Shown piece by piece: positions 39,709 to 53,589 of a DNA stretch of 64,000 bases. Origin of the DNA: Octopus sinensis (Eukaryota). The stretch's first letter is position 1. The number at the start of each line of letters is the position of its first letter. Both the position numbers and the translations under genes were made by a program. Under the pieces are notes generated by a model, which did no database searches, was not told the origin of the DNA, and saw only the letters and a program-made list of their open reading frames with translations. The DNA is taken from assembly GCF_006345805.1 (NCBI RefSeq), contig NC_043005.1, forward strand, positions 9,486,001-9,550,000, in the 5' to 3' direction.

Positions 39709-39815
39709 TTACTACTACTGCTGCTGCTGTTGCTGCTGCTGCTACTACCACCACTACTACCACCACCGCCATTACTACTACTACGATTACTACTACTGCT
39801 GCTGCTACTACTATA

Positions 39816-39847
<32 letters not shown>

Positions 39848-39854
39848 ATTACTA

Positions 39855-39888
<34 letters not shown>

Positions 39889-39985
39889 CGCTGCTACTAC
39901 TACTACTACTACTACTACTACTGTTGCTCTCGCCGCCACCATCACCAACAACGCCATCACCACCACCACCGCTATCACCATGTCC
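39598..39985. repeat. Compound (CTA)n/(CTG)n/(CCA)n trinucleotide array
   Basis: Alternating blocks, which explain the poly-L/Y/C/T/V ORFs. Confidence 0.95.
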
Positions 39986-40613
39986 ATCTTTTTTGTGTTA
40001 GTTTTTCTTTTTTTTTTTTTTGCTAATATTGACTTTTTTTCTTTCTTTTCTCTATTCCCCTTTGCTTCTTTTTCCCAAAAAGAACTTTTCGCCGAAATTC
40101 TATCCGTGCAACACATAAATCGCTCCTAATTAAAGCATCCAGTAAGCCGCGAGTAGAAAGCTAACTCTGCTTCCTTGTCAACGAGCGAGGTGAGCTGCTT
40201 ACATAAACATATTCCAATGTTTATTTATATTCCGCATTTCATCGCACGTCTCTCTCGACCCCCTCCTAACAAAATGGCTTCCCTTATCTCCGTCTTTTAT
40301 CGTTTCTTCACTTTCCTTCGTCTAGCTTCTACATCTTTTCTTTAACATCCACCCCCCACCGCCCACCTCAGATGTTCTGCGATTAAATTATTAGAGAAAG
40401 AATTTCTCCTCTTAATCCTATTCATTCGAATAAATTTGTTGTATTACAGACTTGCTTAATCCTCTGAATCTCCTACCCGTAGCACCCACATACCCCCCCA
40501 CACACAACGTCTGCTTCTCTACAATGCTGCTATTGTCATTCTCAACACCACCACCAACACCTACACCTACACCACTACCTACACCACCACCACGTACACC
40601 ACTACTACTACTA

Positions 40614-40644
<31 letters not shown>

Positions 40645-40737
40645 TGATACCAACACCAATACCTTTGCTACTACTTCTGCCTCCACCAACACCACAGCAC
40701 CAAAACCACCATCCACACCACTACCACCACAACCACT

Positions 40738-40768
<31 letters not shown>

Positions 40769-41429
40769 CCAGCAACAACACCAACAACACCAACACCACC
40801 ACATTTACTACTTCAAACAACATCATCGTAGATCCACTAACAGCAATTACATCTTTCATTGCTCTCATCACTCACAATACTATCAATTAATATAATGAAA
40901 ATCTTTATTGTTGCCGCAAAAGTGGATTGAAAATACCACTATTGTAAATGTTATCAAAGCAAACAGAATTTCAGCTACCATTGGTACGAGCATCAACGAC
41001 TTACATAATCTTCATTATCAGCAGCATCAATACCATTAACAACATTACCACTATTTGTAGGGACATCAAAACCTGTAGCACTATCAAAACCTCACTTATT
41101 TCCGCCAGTATTGATACCCTAAAGCTTGTTGACTTAAATTGTCACTCAGATTTATATCTACATTGGAACACATCGGTAAGAGCTGGTCTTGTATATGTTT
41201 GCTCATGCACTTGTATAGTTATTTTAGAGAGGTTGCCTTTAGATACAATCCCTATTTTCGTAACCCAACCATGTTTAAGCAAGGTAACTTTTACCACCTT
41301 AGGACCGATTCACCTTCAGGATAAATGTTGTCACAAACGTTCCTCTCAAGACAAAGACTTGGAACAAAATCCGCAAAACATCTTGCAGGATGAAATAAAA
41401 CTTATGATAATTCACCACCTTGGATCCGT

Positions 41430-41560
41430 ATTTTCTAATAGGCCGTGGAGGGACGAAAGTCAAAGTGTGACCTCGGCGAGATTTGAACTCATAACGCAGA
41501 GAATTGTCTATAAATCACAAGGCATTTTACCTAACGCTCGGGAGACTTCGCCATCTTCAC
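41430..41560 (-). mobile_element. Degenerate SINE C fragment
   Basis: aaagtgtgacctcggcgagatttgaactc matches the group C body. Confidence 0.55.
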
Positions 41561-42644
41561 TTATTTAAGCGATCACCTTGTTGTTGCCTACATTTAGCGA
41601 TGCTACTCTATTGGAAGTATTATGTCTTAAGATAAGTTGCTCCCAACAGCCGTCGAGACTACTTCCCTTCACCTGGCTATGTCATTAAAAATACTAAATA
41701 AAAATATCCCCTCAAGACCCCTAATTCCGCAGCCATTTCTAGCACAATCAATTCTAGTAACCCAAGGGCCCATTATATCCAATAATGACCACAGTCACTA
41801 CCATTGTCATTCCTATCACTGACACACAATGGTTGCCAACAGTAACAAACCACCATTAAAACTTATCTCACATTAGCACCGCCAACTCCAACAACACTAT
41901 GCCTAGTTCTATTATCATTGGTATCATTAAATCACTCCAATTTCACCATCAACACTACGATCAGGTCTACAGTTATTACTCTTATTAAAATAAAATGTCG
42001 TCAACACCAGCCGCTCTGCCAGAATGACAATCTAATCAATTATCTTTGTAACCATTAAAATACACCACTATCGCCAACATGGCAAACAGTTTTCTAATAA
42101 TTGTCACCACGGAACGATCATCAAAACCAGCATCCTCACCAATATCACTGCCCACCCTATTATCATCGCTAACATTGAAACACGCTGCTGTCACCACCAA
42201 CTATTACCCGTTCGTTCTATTATCTTGACCGACACAAAAATCATATTCACTTTTACACCATCACCAACTCCACCGACATTTCTACAATTATTTCAACTGT
42301 TGATATATTCTACCTTCGACACCACCAAATCTAACGGCAGCACACAGGCAGTTCTATCGTCCGCACCACAATTAAAATACATCACCTGTAGTGTCACTAG
42401 CAGTTCCACCGACACCATAGCCATTATTATTACCACTGTCACCACTAAAATACACCGCCACTAACACCACCACCAACACCACCACGAACGCTGAAGTTAC
42501 TACCAAAAAACACCACTATCAAAATCTATAGTTATCGTGTCACCAGTAAATCATATCACCCTCAATAATTCCAGCAGCATCAATCCTACAAGCAATTCGA
42601 TTATCATCGTTACCATCACCACCATCTCCACCAATAGCGTTACC

Positions 42645-42879
42645 TATTTCTTTACTACCCACAAGGGGCTAAGAACAGAAAGGACAAACAAGAACAGACA
42701 AAGGGATTAAGTCGATTATATCGACCACAGTACGTAACTACTACTTAATTTATCAACCCCGAAAGGATGAAAGGCAAAGTCGACCTCGGCGGAATTTGAA
42801 CTCAGAACGTAACGGCAGACGAAATACGGCTACGCATTTCGCCCGGCGTGCTAACGTTTCTGCCAGCTCGCCGTCTTAT
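42645..42879 (-). mobile_element. SINE, group C, with 15-bp TSD
   Basis: accaatagcgttacc at 42630-42644 and 42880-42894. Confidence 0.93.
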
Positions 42880-45666
42880 ACCAATAGCGTTACCAATGCC
42901 ACTAACCCCACCAACCTCACCGACACCACCAACACCACCTGCACTGCCAACTACATGAACTTCACTAAGTCCACCAACACTGGAGCCGTCCCTACGATAC
43001 TGCCATCATTACAACACGTTCTGGTCAACACTTATGTCTTCAACACGCCCTGATCAGGGAATAATCTGTTTGTTGGCTCAATCTTTAACGAACAGCAACT
43101 TACGACTCTCTTAAAAATCACATTGTAATATTTTGCGAAATGGGAAGAGAAGTGAAATATCGTAGTTTCGGTGGCCAAGCTATTTCTTAGGTATAATTCT
43201 CTCAAAAGGAAAAGAAAGCGCATATCTTTTTCGAACATAGTTTCGAATGATCAGAGCTAACCTCGGACTATAAAAAGGACGACGACCATGCTTCCATTGC
43301 CATTGCATTTAATGCTACAAGCATTGCAGCCACAAGTACAGCACTGCCAAGTACCATTACCACAATAATTGCCACAACGAGTGCCCAGACCATTAAAAGC
43401 TGCAACCTTCGAAACGGGTTTCAACATTTCAGTAAAAATAAAGGACAAACGAGAAACTGAAATCTCTCAAAATGAACTTGTATCGACAAGGTTTGCGAAG
43501 AGAACTAAATAGATAGAGATAAGGGAAGATTGACAGATTAAGAGAGAAGCAAAGAAAAAGGGGAAGGAAGAAAGAGAGGGAGAGAGAAGGAAAGTAAGAA
43601 GTAAAGAAAGACAGTAAGCACAACGAGAGAATGGGTTGAAAAACTGATAGCAAGGAGCAGAAACAAGCTTTGCAAAAGGAACTAAACAGAGAGAGAGAGA
43701 TAAGGAAGGATAGTGTGATTAAAAGAGAAGGGGAGAGAGAGAGAGTGTAAGAGAAAGCGAAGGACTAAAGAATGAAAGTATAAAGAAGGAAAAAGAGAGG
43801 GAATGAAAGAAAGATTAAAAGGAAGCGCGAATGAATAAAGTGACTGACAGCAAGGAGGAAAGACTAGAAGAGAGAGAGAGAGAGAGAGAGAGATGTTTGT
43901 GAGCGGCAGGAAAAGATTTTGGTTATCTGCCTATCACTCACAATTTGTTTTTGCGTTTGTCTCTTTCATTTGTTGGTTCTGTTGTATTTTGAGTGTATAT
44001 TTTGTTGGCAGCCATTTTCAGGACTACGTCTCATTTGATTGACTTGGAGGAGGCTCCTGCCACTGTTCTCATCTGATGAAGGAGACTACAATATAAAGCA
44101 AAAGATAGTGATAAAAACAATTCGTAAAAGAGATTGCAATGGGATTTGCTAGACGGATCGTCGAAAGAATAAAGTAAATTGAAGGAGCTGAATAGAAGGA
44201 AATTTTGTGAGAAAGGAAGAGAAACCGAAAGATAAAAACAAATGTAAACAAACGAAATGTTACAAAACCTAACAACCAAAAATGACAGGAGAAGCGAAAT
44301 AATAAAAAAAGAAGAAAAAAAAAGCAATGAGAATCAGAAGACATAAATAAATGTGAAAGAGAAGAATCAGAAACGAAGTAGAAAAGACAAACTGAATCGT
44401 TGAAATAATTTGAAGTAGTGGATTGTAACCATCATATTGATCGTTATGGGCTGAGCAAAACCATGTGTAAACGGGTGTTTTATGTAACTGCATTTACGGA
44501 TCTACTTATATGAGCATGTATATACAATATATGTATACAGACACGCACGCACACACAGAGACATATATACGCAAATTTATGTATGTGTATTTGTCTATGT
44601 ATGTGAATTCGCACTCGTAGGAATGTACGGGTGCTTATAGATGTACATGGGCGTACATCTATGAGTGTAAGATATACACGAATATACAGCCGTGCAAGTA
44701 GTGATGTATGAAGCTATCTCTACGTCTATGCGTATCTTCACTTCACAGCATATGTGTGCGAGTGTGTATGCGGGGGTTGGGGTGCGGATTGCGCTTATAT
44801 AATTTTAAATCATAATATATTAACGGCCATGAACATATTGGAAATTATGTGCATGCACACGGACACACGAATGAATATGATTGCATGTTATAAGGAATTG
44901 TGTGCTAAAAGAAAATCTCTAAATCTTAATGTGAATCATGAATATCTTTATGTCTTTTGTTGTACCATAACCTCGCCAGTGCAATGTATTTTGGAAGATC
45001 GCAGTCTATATTTTTGACTTTTCTTCCCTTTTTTAAAAAAAAAATCCTGACAGTATGTTTAAGAACTTTTATCTTCTAAGAGTGTTCTTTTCTTTCACGA
45101 AATGAACCATAATTTATGTCGTGTCTTATCTCGAGAAATAAATCCGTTTTTCACATCCGTAATACTGTATATCACTGTAAATGCATTTGAGCTCTCAGCT
45201 TATTGAAAAATGATGCTTTTTGCTTAGGTTACACATTTTCGGGACTTTCCTGCAAAATGTCAAACGGAGATTACATAGTTCAGATGAGTTGACATGCTCC
45301 ATTAATGAATATTGCACCTTGGTTTGTAATTGAAATAGATATCATACGCCATTGTTATTCTGACGACAGAGATTGAGAATCACAGATTCTTTAAGGTTTC
45401 TGACCTGCAGAAAATAAATTGAATATTTTCAAGGACTGTAATATGTTTCACACAAAAACAAGAGTACTCCTGCGTAATATATGCCTTGGAGGTTGGAGAG
45501 AGCAGGAGAGCCACTAATTTTTCAAGTGTTGACAATTTCAATATATTTATTTACGCGCGAATATTGTAAGGTTGTTAAAACAATCCATTCAGCTGCGCGG
45601 GGAGGAAAGAGGTTCGATGCATCATTAAACAGCGTGAAATACTGTAACGGAGTTGGTAAACCGGTT

Positions 45667-45884
45667 GTTACTCTTTTTTACTCTTTTACTCGTTTCAGTC
45701 ATTTGACTGCGGCCATACTGGAGCACCGCATTTAGTCGAAGAAAGTCTTATTCTTTGTAAGTACTTATTCTATCAGTCTCTTTTGCCGAACCGCTAAGTT
45801 ATGGGGACGTAAACCCACCAGCATCCGTTGTCAAGCGATGCTGGAGGACAAACACAGACACACAAATATATACACACACATATT

Positions 45885-45940
<56 letters not shown>

Positions 45941-46103
45941 CACGACGGGCTTCTTTCAGTTTCCGTCTACCAAATCCACTCACAAAGGCTTTGGTCGGCC
46001 CGAGGCTATAGTAGAAGATACTTGCCCAAGCTGCCATGCAGTGGGACTGAACCCGGAGCCATGTGGTTGGTAAGCAAGCTACTTACCTCAGAGCCACTCC
46101 TGC
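45667..46103 (-). mobile_element. SINE, group D, near full length
   Basis: Head, internal (AT)n, 3' half and (AAAGAGT)n-type tail. Confidence 0.9.
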
Positions 46104-46674
46104 TGTGTTATATCATTTTCAGACAAATCACGTCTAGAAATTTAAATGAATCCAAATTTTTGCTGTTCTAAGTGATCCGTATTATATAATGATTATATCG
46201 TTGGTCAAGTTATTACTACATTTGCACACACACACACACACACACACACCACACACACACACAAACATACACACATATATATTCATTGTACAACTTATAC
46301 CAAATCTCTCTAATAGGAGTCGATATTAAATGAAGGTGCAGAAAGAAAAAGAGTCGGACTCTGAATACATTTATTCATCCGTGTGTCTCTTGGCTCACTT
46401 GCAGAGATCATAATACATATAATTACTGACGTTAAATGATTTATGTCATACGGGCAAGAAAGTTTTGAATCAACATTTAGATAAAGAAAAATAAAGTGTT
46501 TAGTCATAGTTCTTAAATCTTTAGCAATGGTCTCCTTGGAATTGTGATATCATAAAAAAAAAAGATATAATCTGCACAAGCTATTTTTATTGTTCTTATT
46601 GTGTGAGTCTCGCTGAGTGTATATTTTGTATTCTAAGCAAGCAACATAGCTGGAACCAATAAGAATTAATAGTT

Positions 46675-46865
46675 AAAGCGGTGAGCTAGTAGAATCGTTA
46701 GAACGCCGGGAATAATGCTTAGCGGCATTTCGTCCGCTGAGGTCAAATCTACCTTCCCTCATTTCTGGTTCGTTGAAATAAGTACCATCTGAGCATTGGG
46801 ATTGATGTAATCGACGTATCTCATCCGCAGAAATTGCTGGTCTTGTACCAACGTGTGGAACCAAT
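46675..46865 (+). mobile_element. Old SINE C with internal deletion
   Basis: gcggtgagctagtagaatcgttag...gatgtaatcgacg...gctggtcttgtacc. Confidence 0.7.
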
Positions 46866-46882
46866 ATATTAGCGTTTACTTC

Positions 46883-47258
46883 AGGCGGTTAGCTGGCCAG
46901 AATAGTGAGCAGGCTGGTCAAAATGCTTTGTGGTATTTCGTCTGCCGTTACGTTCTGAGTTCAAATTCCGCCGAGGTCGACTTTGCCCTTCATCCATTCG
47001 GGGTCGATAAATTAAGTACCAGTTACGCACTGTGGTCGATATAATCGACTTAATCCGTCTGTCTGTCCTTGTTTGTCTCCTCTGTGTTTCTCCCCTTGTG
47101 GATAGTAAAGAAATAGGTATTTCGTCTGCCTTTTGCCCTTGGTTAAAATTCCGTCGAAGTCGATTTTTTTCTCCCACCATTTTAGGGTCGATAAAATAAG
47201 TACTAGTTGAACACTGAGGTCAAATTTGCTGGCCGAGTACCAAACTTTGAAACAAATA
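46883..47258 (+). mobile_element. Dimeric or nested SINE C
   Basis: Direct repeat ggtatttcgtctgcc at 46932-46946 and 47116-47130 brackets a young body. A diverged second body follows. Confidence 0.8.
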
Positions 47259-48138
47259 TGTTGGTTTACTGTAAAATATAAGTCATCATAATTATTTTAT
47301 CGGACAGGAGATTTTGCTTCCGAATAATACTGTTGTATTATATATTAGAGCTTTTAGTACAAGTATTATAATAACAATTGCATTGCTTTAAACGATAATT
47401 CGGGATTCTAGAAAATAAGATATTTCTTCTGCTAATGGGGTTATTTAGACTGGAAAGGGAGCAAAATTTATCGTTTTATATTTTTAAAATATTTTCATCA
47501 TTTTAGATTCATAAAGTCAAAGTGGGGTTCATTTGTCCAGTTCAGTGCCTAAGCTACTGTGTTGGGCGATCTTCACAGCCCTAAATTTATAGGGGTTTGA
47601 TCTAGAAGAAGGGGATCCAATCATGTCTGTGGGTACACCTTATATTGAACAAATATAAAATAAGAGCTACTGGAAAATAAAAAAAGAAGAGGCATATTCC
47701 AGTGAGGTAACTTCTTTGGTAGCAAGACCTAGATAAATTGGTTACCACTTCTTCCGGGGAAGAGCGCACAATATGTAAGTGTGCCAGTCTGAAACCCATG
47801 CGTGGCGTTGGCATGAAACTAGTCAACATCGAGGAGTAAAAACCATAGATATAGCGTTAGAGAAGCCGTCTAAGAAGACACCAGGTCAGTGGAGGAACTA
47901 TAGTGTTTCACTAAGCCGAAGTTCATTTTCTTGAATTTTGTTAAACTGTACCATCGGCAAGCTGCATAGATTCTAGCATATCGAATATTTCTTAGGTTTC
48001 TAGTTACGCTGATCTTTAAAACATTGCTAGCTCTCGAAGATTTGATTTTTTTTTTTTCAATTTGAAACACACACGGTAGAGTCTTATTGCGATTTGTGTG
48101 TGTGTGTTTAGTGTGTGTGTGTGTGTGTTTGTGTTTGG

Positions 48139-48169
<31 letters not shown>

Positions 48170-48518
48170 TGTGTGTGTGTGTGTATGTTTGTGTGTGTGT
48201 TGTGTGTGTGTGTGTGTGGAACAAGGGTCGGAATTTAAATGGAATGACAAGTAATTATACTCTGAAATTCTAACAACTTGTCTACATCTTCCGATGTAAT
48301 TTGTTTGATTTTAGTTCCTGTATTCAAAAATAATAATTCAGAATAGAGTACCAATACACAAAGGGTCTGGACACCTGTAGAACCGAGATATATGCATATA
48401 AGGTATGAGCAAATATGACAACCGAAAACTCGATCCATTCTAAGCGTAGTGCTTTATAACATAACTGCATACGTATATACATATATATACATACATAGAT
48501 GAATATATATATGTGTGT

Positions 48519-48752
48519 AAAAGGCGGCGAGCTGGCAGAAACGTTAGCACGCCGGGCGAAATGCGTTGTCGTATTTCGTCTGCCGTTACGTTCCGAGTTC
48601 AAATTCCGCCGAGGTCGACTTTGCCTTTCATCCTTCCGGGATCGATAAATTAAGTACCAGTTACGCACTGGGGTCGATGTAATCGACTTAATCCGTTTGT
48701 CTGTCCTTGTTTGTCTCCTCTGTGTTTAGCCCCTTGTGGGTAGTAAAGAAAT
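48519..48752 (+). mobile_element. SINE, group C
   Basis: Full short form, flanked by atatatatatgtgtg on both sides. Confidence 0.92.
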
Positions 48753-48774
48753 ATATATATATATATGTGTGAGA

Positions 48775-48838
<64 letters not shown>

Positions 48839-49329
48839 ATGTGTACGTGTGTCATAGCACAGTCTGAAAAACAGATAATTTAATTCTATTGTTTGACGCC
48901 TTGTGTGAAATTTGATTATAAGGGTTACAACCATGACTAAACGTTCTTTGTTTTTTTTTTGTATTTTTTTTTTTTTGTAATCCTGTATCAAGACTCATTA
49001 TCTAGCGTAGACACAGTTATGACTGAGTCGTTCAGAAATGTGTGTTGCAGTTTATGATGTTCCAGTTTTGCTATCACCGTATGACGTCCTGGACAATTAT
49101 CCGTATCGAACACTGGTTCAATGCCAGCCTTGGGAGAGGAATTGCTTTTAACGGAAGCAGATTGGAAGTTCTGATGGGAATTGTTCGTTTAATTCAAATG
49201 ACCAAACTTATTTCATATTGTTTCGGAATACTCAGCCACTTAAACATTAATGTAACGAATCAGATAGTCAGTTCATGAGACCTTCGCAGAATCCGTCGTC
49301 TCATCTATCCTTCCTATTTTTTTAGACAA

Positions 49330-49742
49330 TGGCGCAGGAGTGGCTGTGTGGTAAGTAGCTTGCTAACCAACCACATGGTTCCGGGTTCAGTCCCATTGCG
49401 TGGCATCTTGGGCAAGTGTCTTCTGCTATAGCCCCGGGCTGACCAATGCCTTGTGAGTGGATTTGGTAGACGGAAACTGAAAGAAGCCTGGCGTATATAT
49501 GTATATATATATAAGTGTGTGTGTATATGTTTGTGTGTCTGTGTTTGTCCCCCTAGCATTGCTTGACAACGGATGCTGGTGTGTTTACGTCCCCGTCACT
49601 TAGCGGTTCGGCAAAAGAGACCGATACAATAAGTACTGGGCTTACAAAGAATAAGTCCCGGGGTCGATTTGCTCGATTAAAGGCGGTGCTCCAGCATGGC
49701 CGCAGTCAAATGACTGAAACAGGTAAAAGAGTAAAAGAGTAA
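49330..49742 (+). mobile_element. SINE, group D, full length (reference copy)
   Basis: tRNA-like head, CORE-like CTTGGGCAAGTGTCTT, internal (TA)/(TG) tract, 3' body and GTAAAAGAGTAAAAGAGT tail. Confidence 0.92.
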
Positions 49743-50530
49743 TGTAGTAAAATTTATGAGATATTGCCTGCTATTTCCAGCATGCCTGGCGATTAGAAAG
49801 AGCTCGCCCCATCCACACGCGTAGGCAATTTCATTAGTAAATAGAGGTTGTGATTTGCATATTTACCCAAGATCATTAGTAAAGTAAGTGAAGCGAATGG
49901 CTTCAACGGGAAATTGAAAGTGTGTTTGTAGACACGGGTCATTGGGAACTTATATTTTATTGTATACTGCTCGCCTCACCTGTCATAAATTGACGCGAAC
50001 TCACATAGCACAATATTTAATCGACTTGATCATGGCGCCTTCTGTAAGCAGACATATTGTTGCAGTAATTCTGGAAAGATTATTCATTCAGGAAACGTCA
50101 AGAGCCATCAAATTCAGACACTGAAATGATCAATACAAGCTCCCAGGAGAAGCACAGTATTTTGTATGATACGTTAGAAATAATGTCTGATGGAGATTAG
50201 TTTGTCTTTCTTATCTTTATAGAATTCATGTCTTATACCGTGTCCTCCTAAGCAAAAACGAATACAAACAGCAGCATCAACAAAAGCAACAATAACAACA
50301 ACAACGACATTAAAAGCAACAACAACGAATGGCTAATATAGACAAAAATGTCAACAAAAAAATAGATATGTAAAATATATATTTGGAAATTCACAAAAAT
50401 ATTAAATATACTCATATTGACTCACATTCTTATCTGCACATAACTACACACTTACACACACGAACTGATATATAGACACACAAACACTCACTCACACACA
50501 CACACACACATATATATATATGCTTATATA

Positions 50531-50566
<36 letters not shown>

Positions 50567-50783
50567 CCTATATATATGTGTGTAGATAAACATACAATAC
50601 GTACAAAATAGAAAGTATATGTACATAGCTACACAAACAAACGCACAGACGTACACACACACACACACACACACATACACACACACACATACACACAAAT
50701 GCACAAACACACACACACTCAAATACCATCAACAATTTTCAAGTAAATTATTATGTTTAATAGGATATGATATATGTGCGTGC

Positions 50784-50819
<36 letters not shown>

Positions 50820-51222
50820 CTGTGTACATAGAAACATATATATATATATACACACACTTATATGATAAACCATTAAACATAATAATTTACTAAAATATAT
50901 TTGAAGATGATTATCAAAACCATAGCTAGTTTTTTTGATTGCGAATCTCAAGATAGACTTGTTTTTTAGTAGCATAAATCACTACCACCGCTGGTTTGAC
51001 AAATATATGACAGTTATTGGTTTTCTTAATACCAATAACCTTTTTTCATGTTATGTGTCTGATTTTGTTTAGCTTTTGTTCCTTAAAAATATCCACTCTT
51101 CAGTTAGCAACATACTTATAATACCATTCCTCCGAAGCCAAACCACTTCGAAAGCTAATATCTTAATTTTTTCTCTTCTAGTCTGACAATCTATCTACCT
51201 ATCTATCTATCAATTTATCTAT

Positions 51223-51268
<46 letters not shown>

Positions 51269-51452
51269 GTCTATCCCTGTATCTGTCTGTCTGTCTGTCT
51301 GTCTATATATATATATTTCTATACCTGTCTCCTCACTGTTTCTAAATATGCGTATATATATATATATTTATTATTTATTTATAAATACATACATATACAT
51401 ATAATACATACATATATATATATATATACAAACATATATATATATACATGCA

Positions 51453-51522
<70 letters not shown>

Positions 51523-51536
51523 CATATATATATAAT

Positions 51537-51568
<32 letters not shown>

Positions 51569-51594
51569 AAATACATATATATATATATAGCGCT

Positions 51595-51760
51595 ATGATT
51601 GACTGCTAAATCCACAAGTTTATATTTATTTTTTTTACTGCTCTCTGTTTATTTCCTTATCTTCCTTTTTTGTTGAAGAGCGTAGGCTCAGAACATAAAA
51701 AGACGTTCTCATCTTCCGAGCGCCAAACTAATACACCTGCTGTTTATACATCTAACATCA
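51595..51760 (+). mobile_element. Family F (PLE-associated) fragment
   Basis: tgctaaatccacaa..ctctgttta..gttgaagagcgtaggctc..aactaatacac is shared with 36915-37080. Confidence 0.6.
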
Positions 51761-52027
51761 TATACTTTCATTACAGTTTAATTCAGTTCCACAGGATTTA
51801 TATTTTCGTGGAAGCGTAGAACACGCCTAATATGTCACATGTTAGTATCAGTGTAAGAGCTTTAAGAGAAGCGGAATATGGCTTCTGGGTGCTAGGCTAC
51901 TTTTGATCAACTCAGTTCAGCCAGTATTAATGCCATAAAAGCGACACCAGCTACACTCTCTAGTCTAAAATTTTGTTTCATTTTCTTTATAATTTCAATA
52001 AGAGATTTTCTTTCTTTTTTTTTAATA

Positions 52028-53024
<997 letters not shown>

Positions 53025-53288
53025 TATATATGCATATATATATATATAGCTGTGTCACTTTCATAGTGTTAATACCATTTGACATAAGTTGACCAATGGA
53101 GAACTAGCAGTTAGATACCATCTTGAATTTTCCTCATAACGTTCATTCTACTTCTCTTATCTGATGAGATGGACGTGTACGGCGTGGCCACGAAACTTTA
53201 AGCCATATAAATCTGAGTCAAATTGTTATTAAAAATACATATGTATATACGTAAGTATATTTATATTTACATGTATGTATGATCATAC

Positions 53289-53589
53289 GTGGAGTTACAT
53301 GGCCTAGTGGTTAGAGAAGCGGACTCGCGGTCGAGGGATCGCAGGTTCGAATCGCAGACCGGGCGATGTATGTGTTTATGAGCGAAACACTTAAGCTCCA
53401 CGCGGCTCCGGCAGAAGGTAATGGCAAACTTCTGCTGACTCTTTCGCCACACCTTTCTCTCACTCTTTCCTCCTGCATTTTGCAGCTCACCTGCGACGGA
53501 CTGGCGTCCCGTCCAGGTGGGGAACCTATACGCCAAGGAAACCGGGAAACCCGCACTAATGAGCCAGGCATGGTTCGAGAAGGAACAAA
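53289..53589 (+). mobile_element. SINE, group B
   Basis: Homologous to 11868-12169, B box GGTTCGAATC. Confidence 0.85.

Larger units (their letters stand above)
40490..43010. repeat. A/C-skewed decayed (ACC/AAC/ATC)n low-complexity region
   Basis: Recognisable CAC/CAA/TAA runs at 40540-40810, grading into degenerate triplets. Confidence 0.7.

Noticed and set aside
39434-40129. Poly-Leu/Tyr/Cys/Thr/Val ORFs
   Set aside because: Stop-free trinucleotide array with no splice or domain evidence.
40452-41568. Pro/His/Gln-rich and 206-aa ORFs as a mucin or transcription-factor exon
   Set aside because: Low-complexity DNA, partly SINE-derived, with no recognisable domain.
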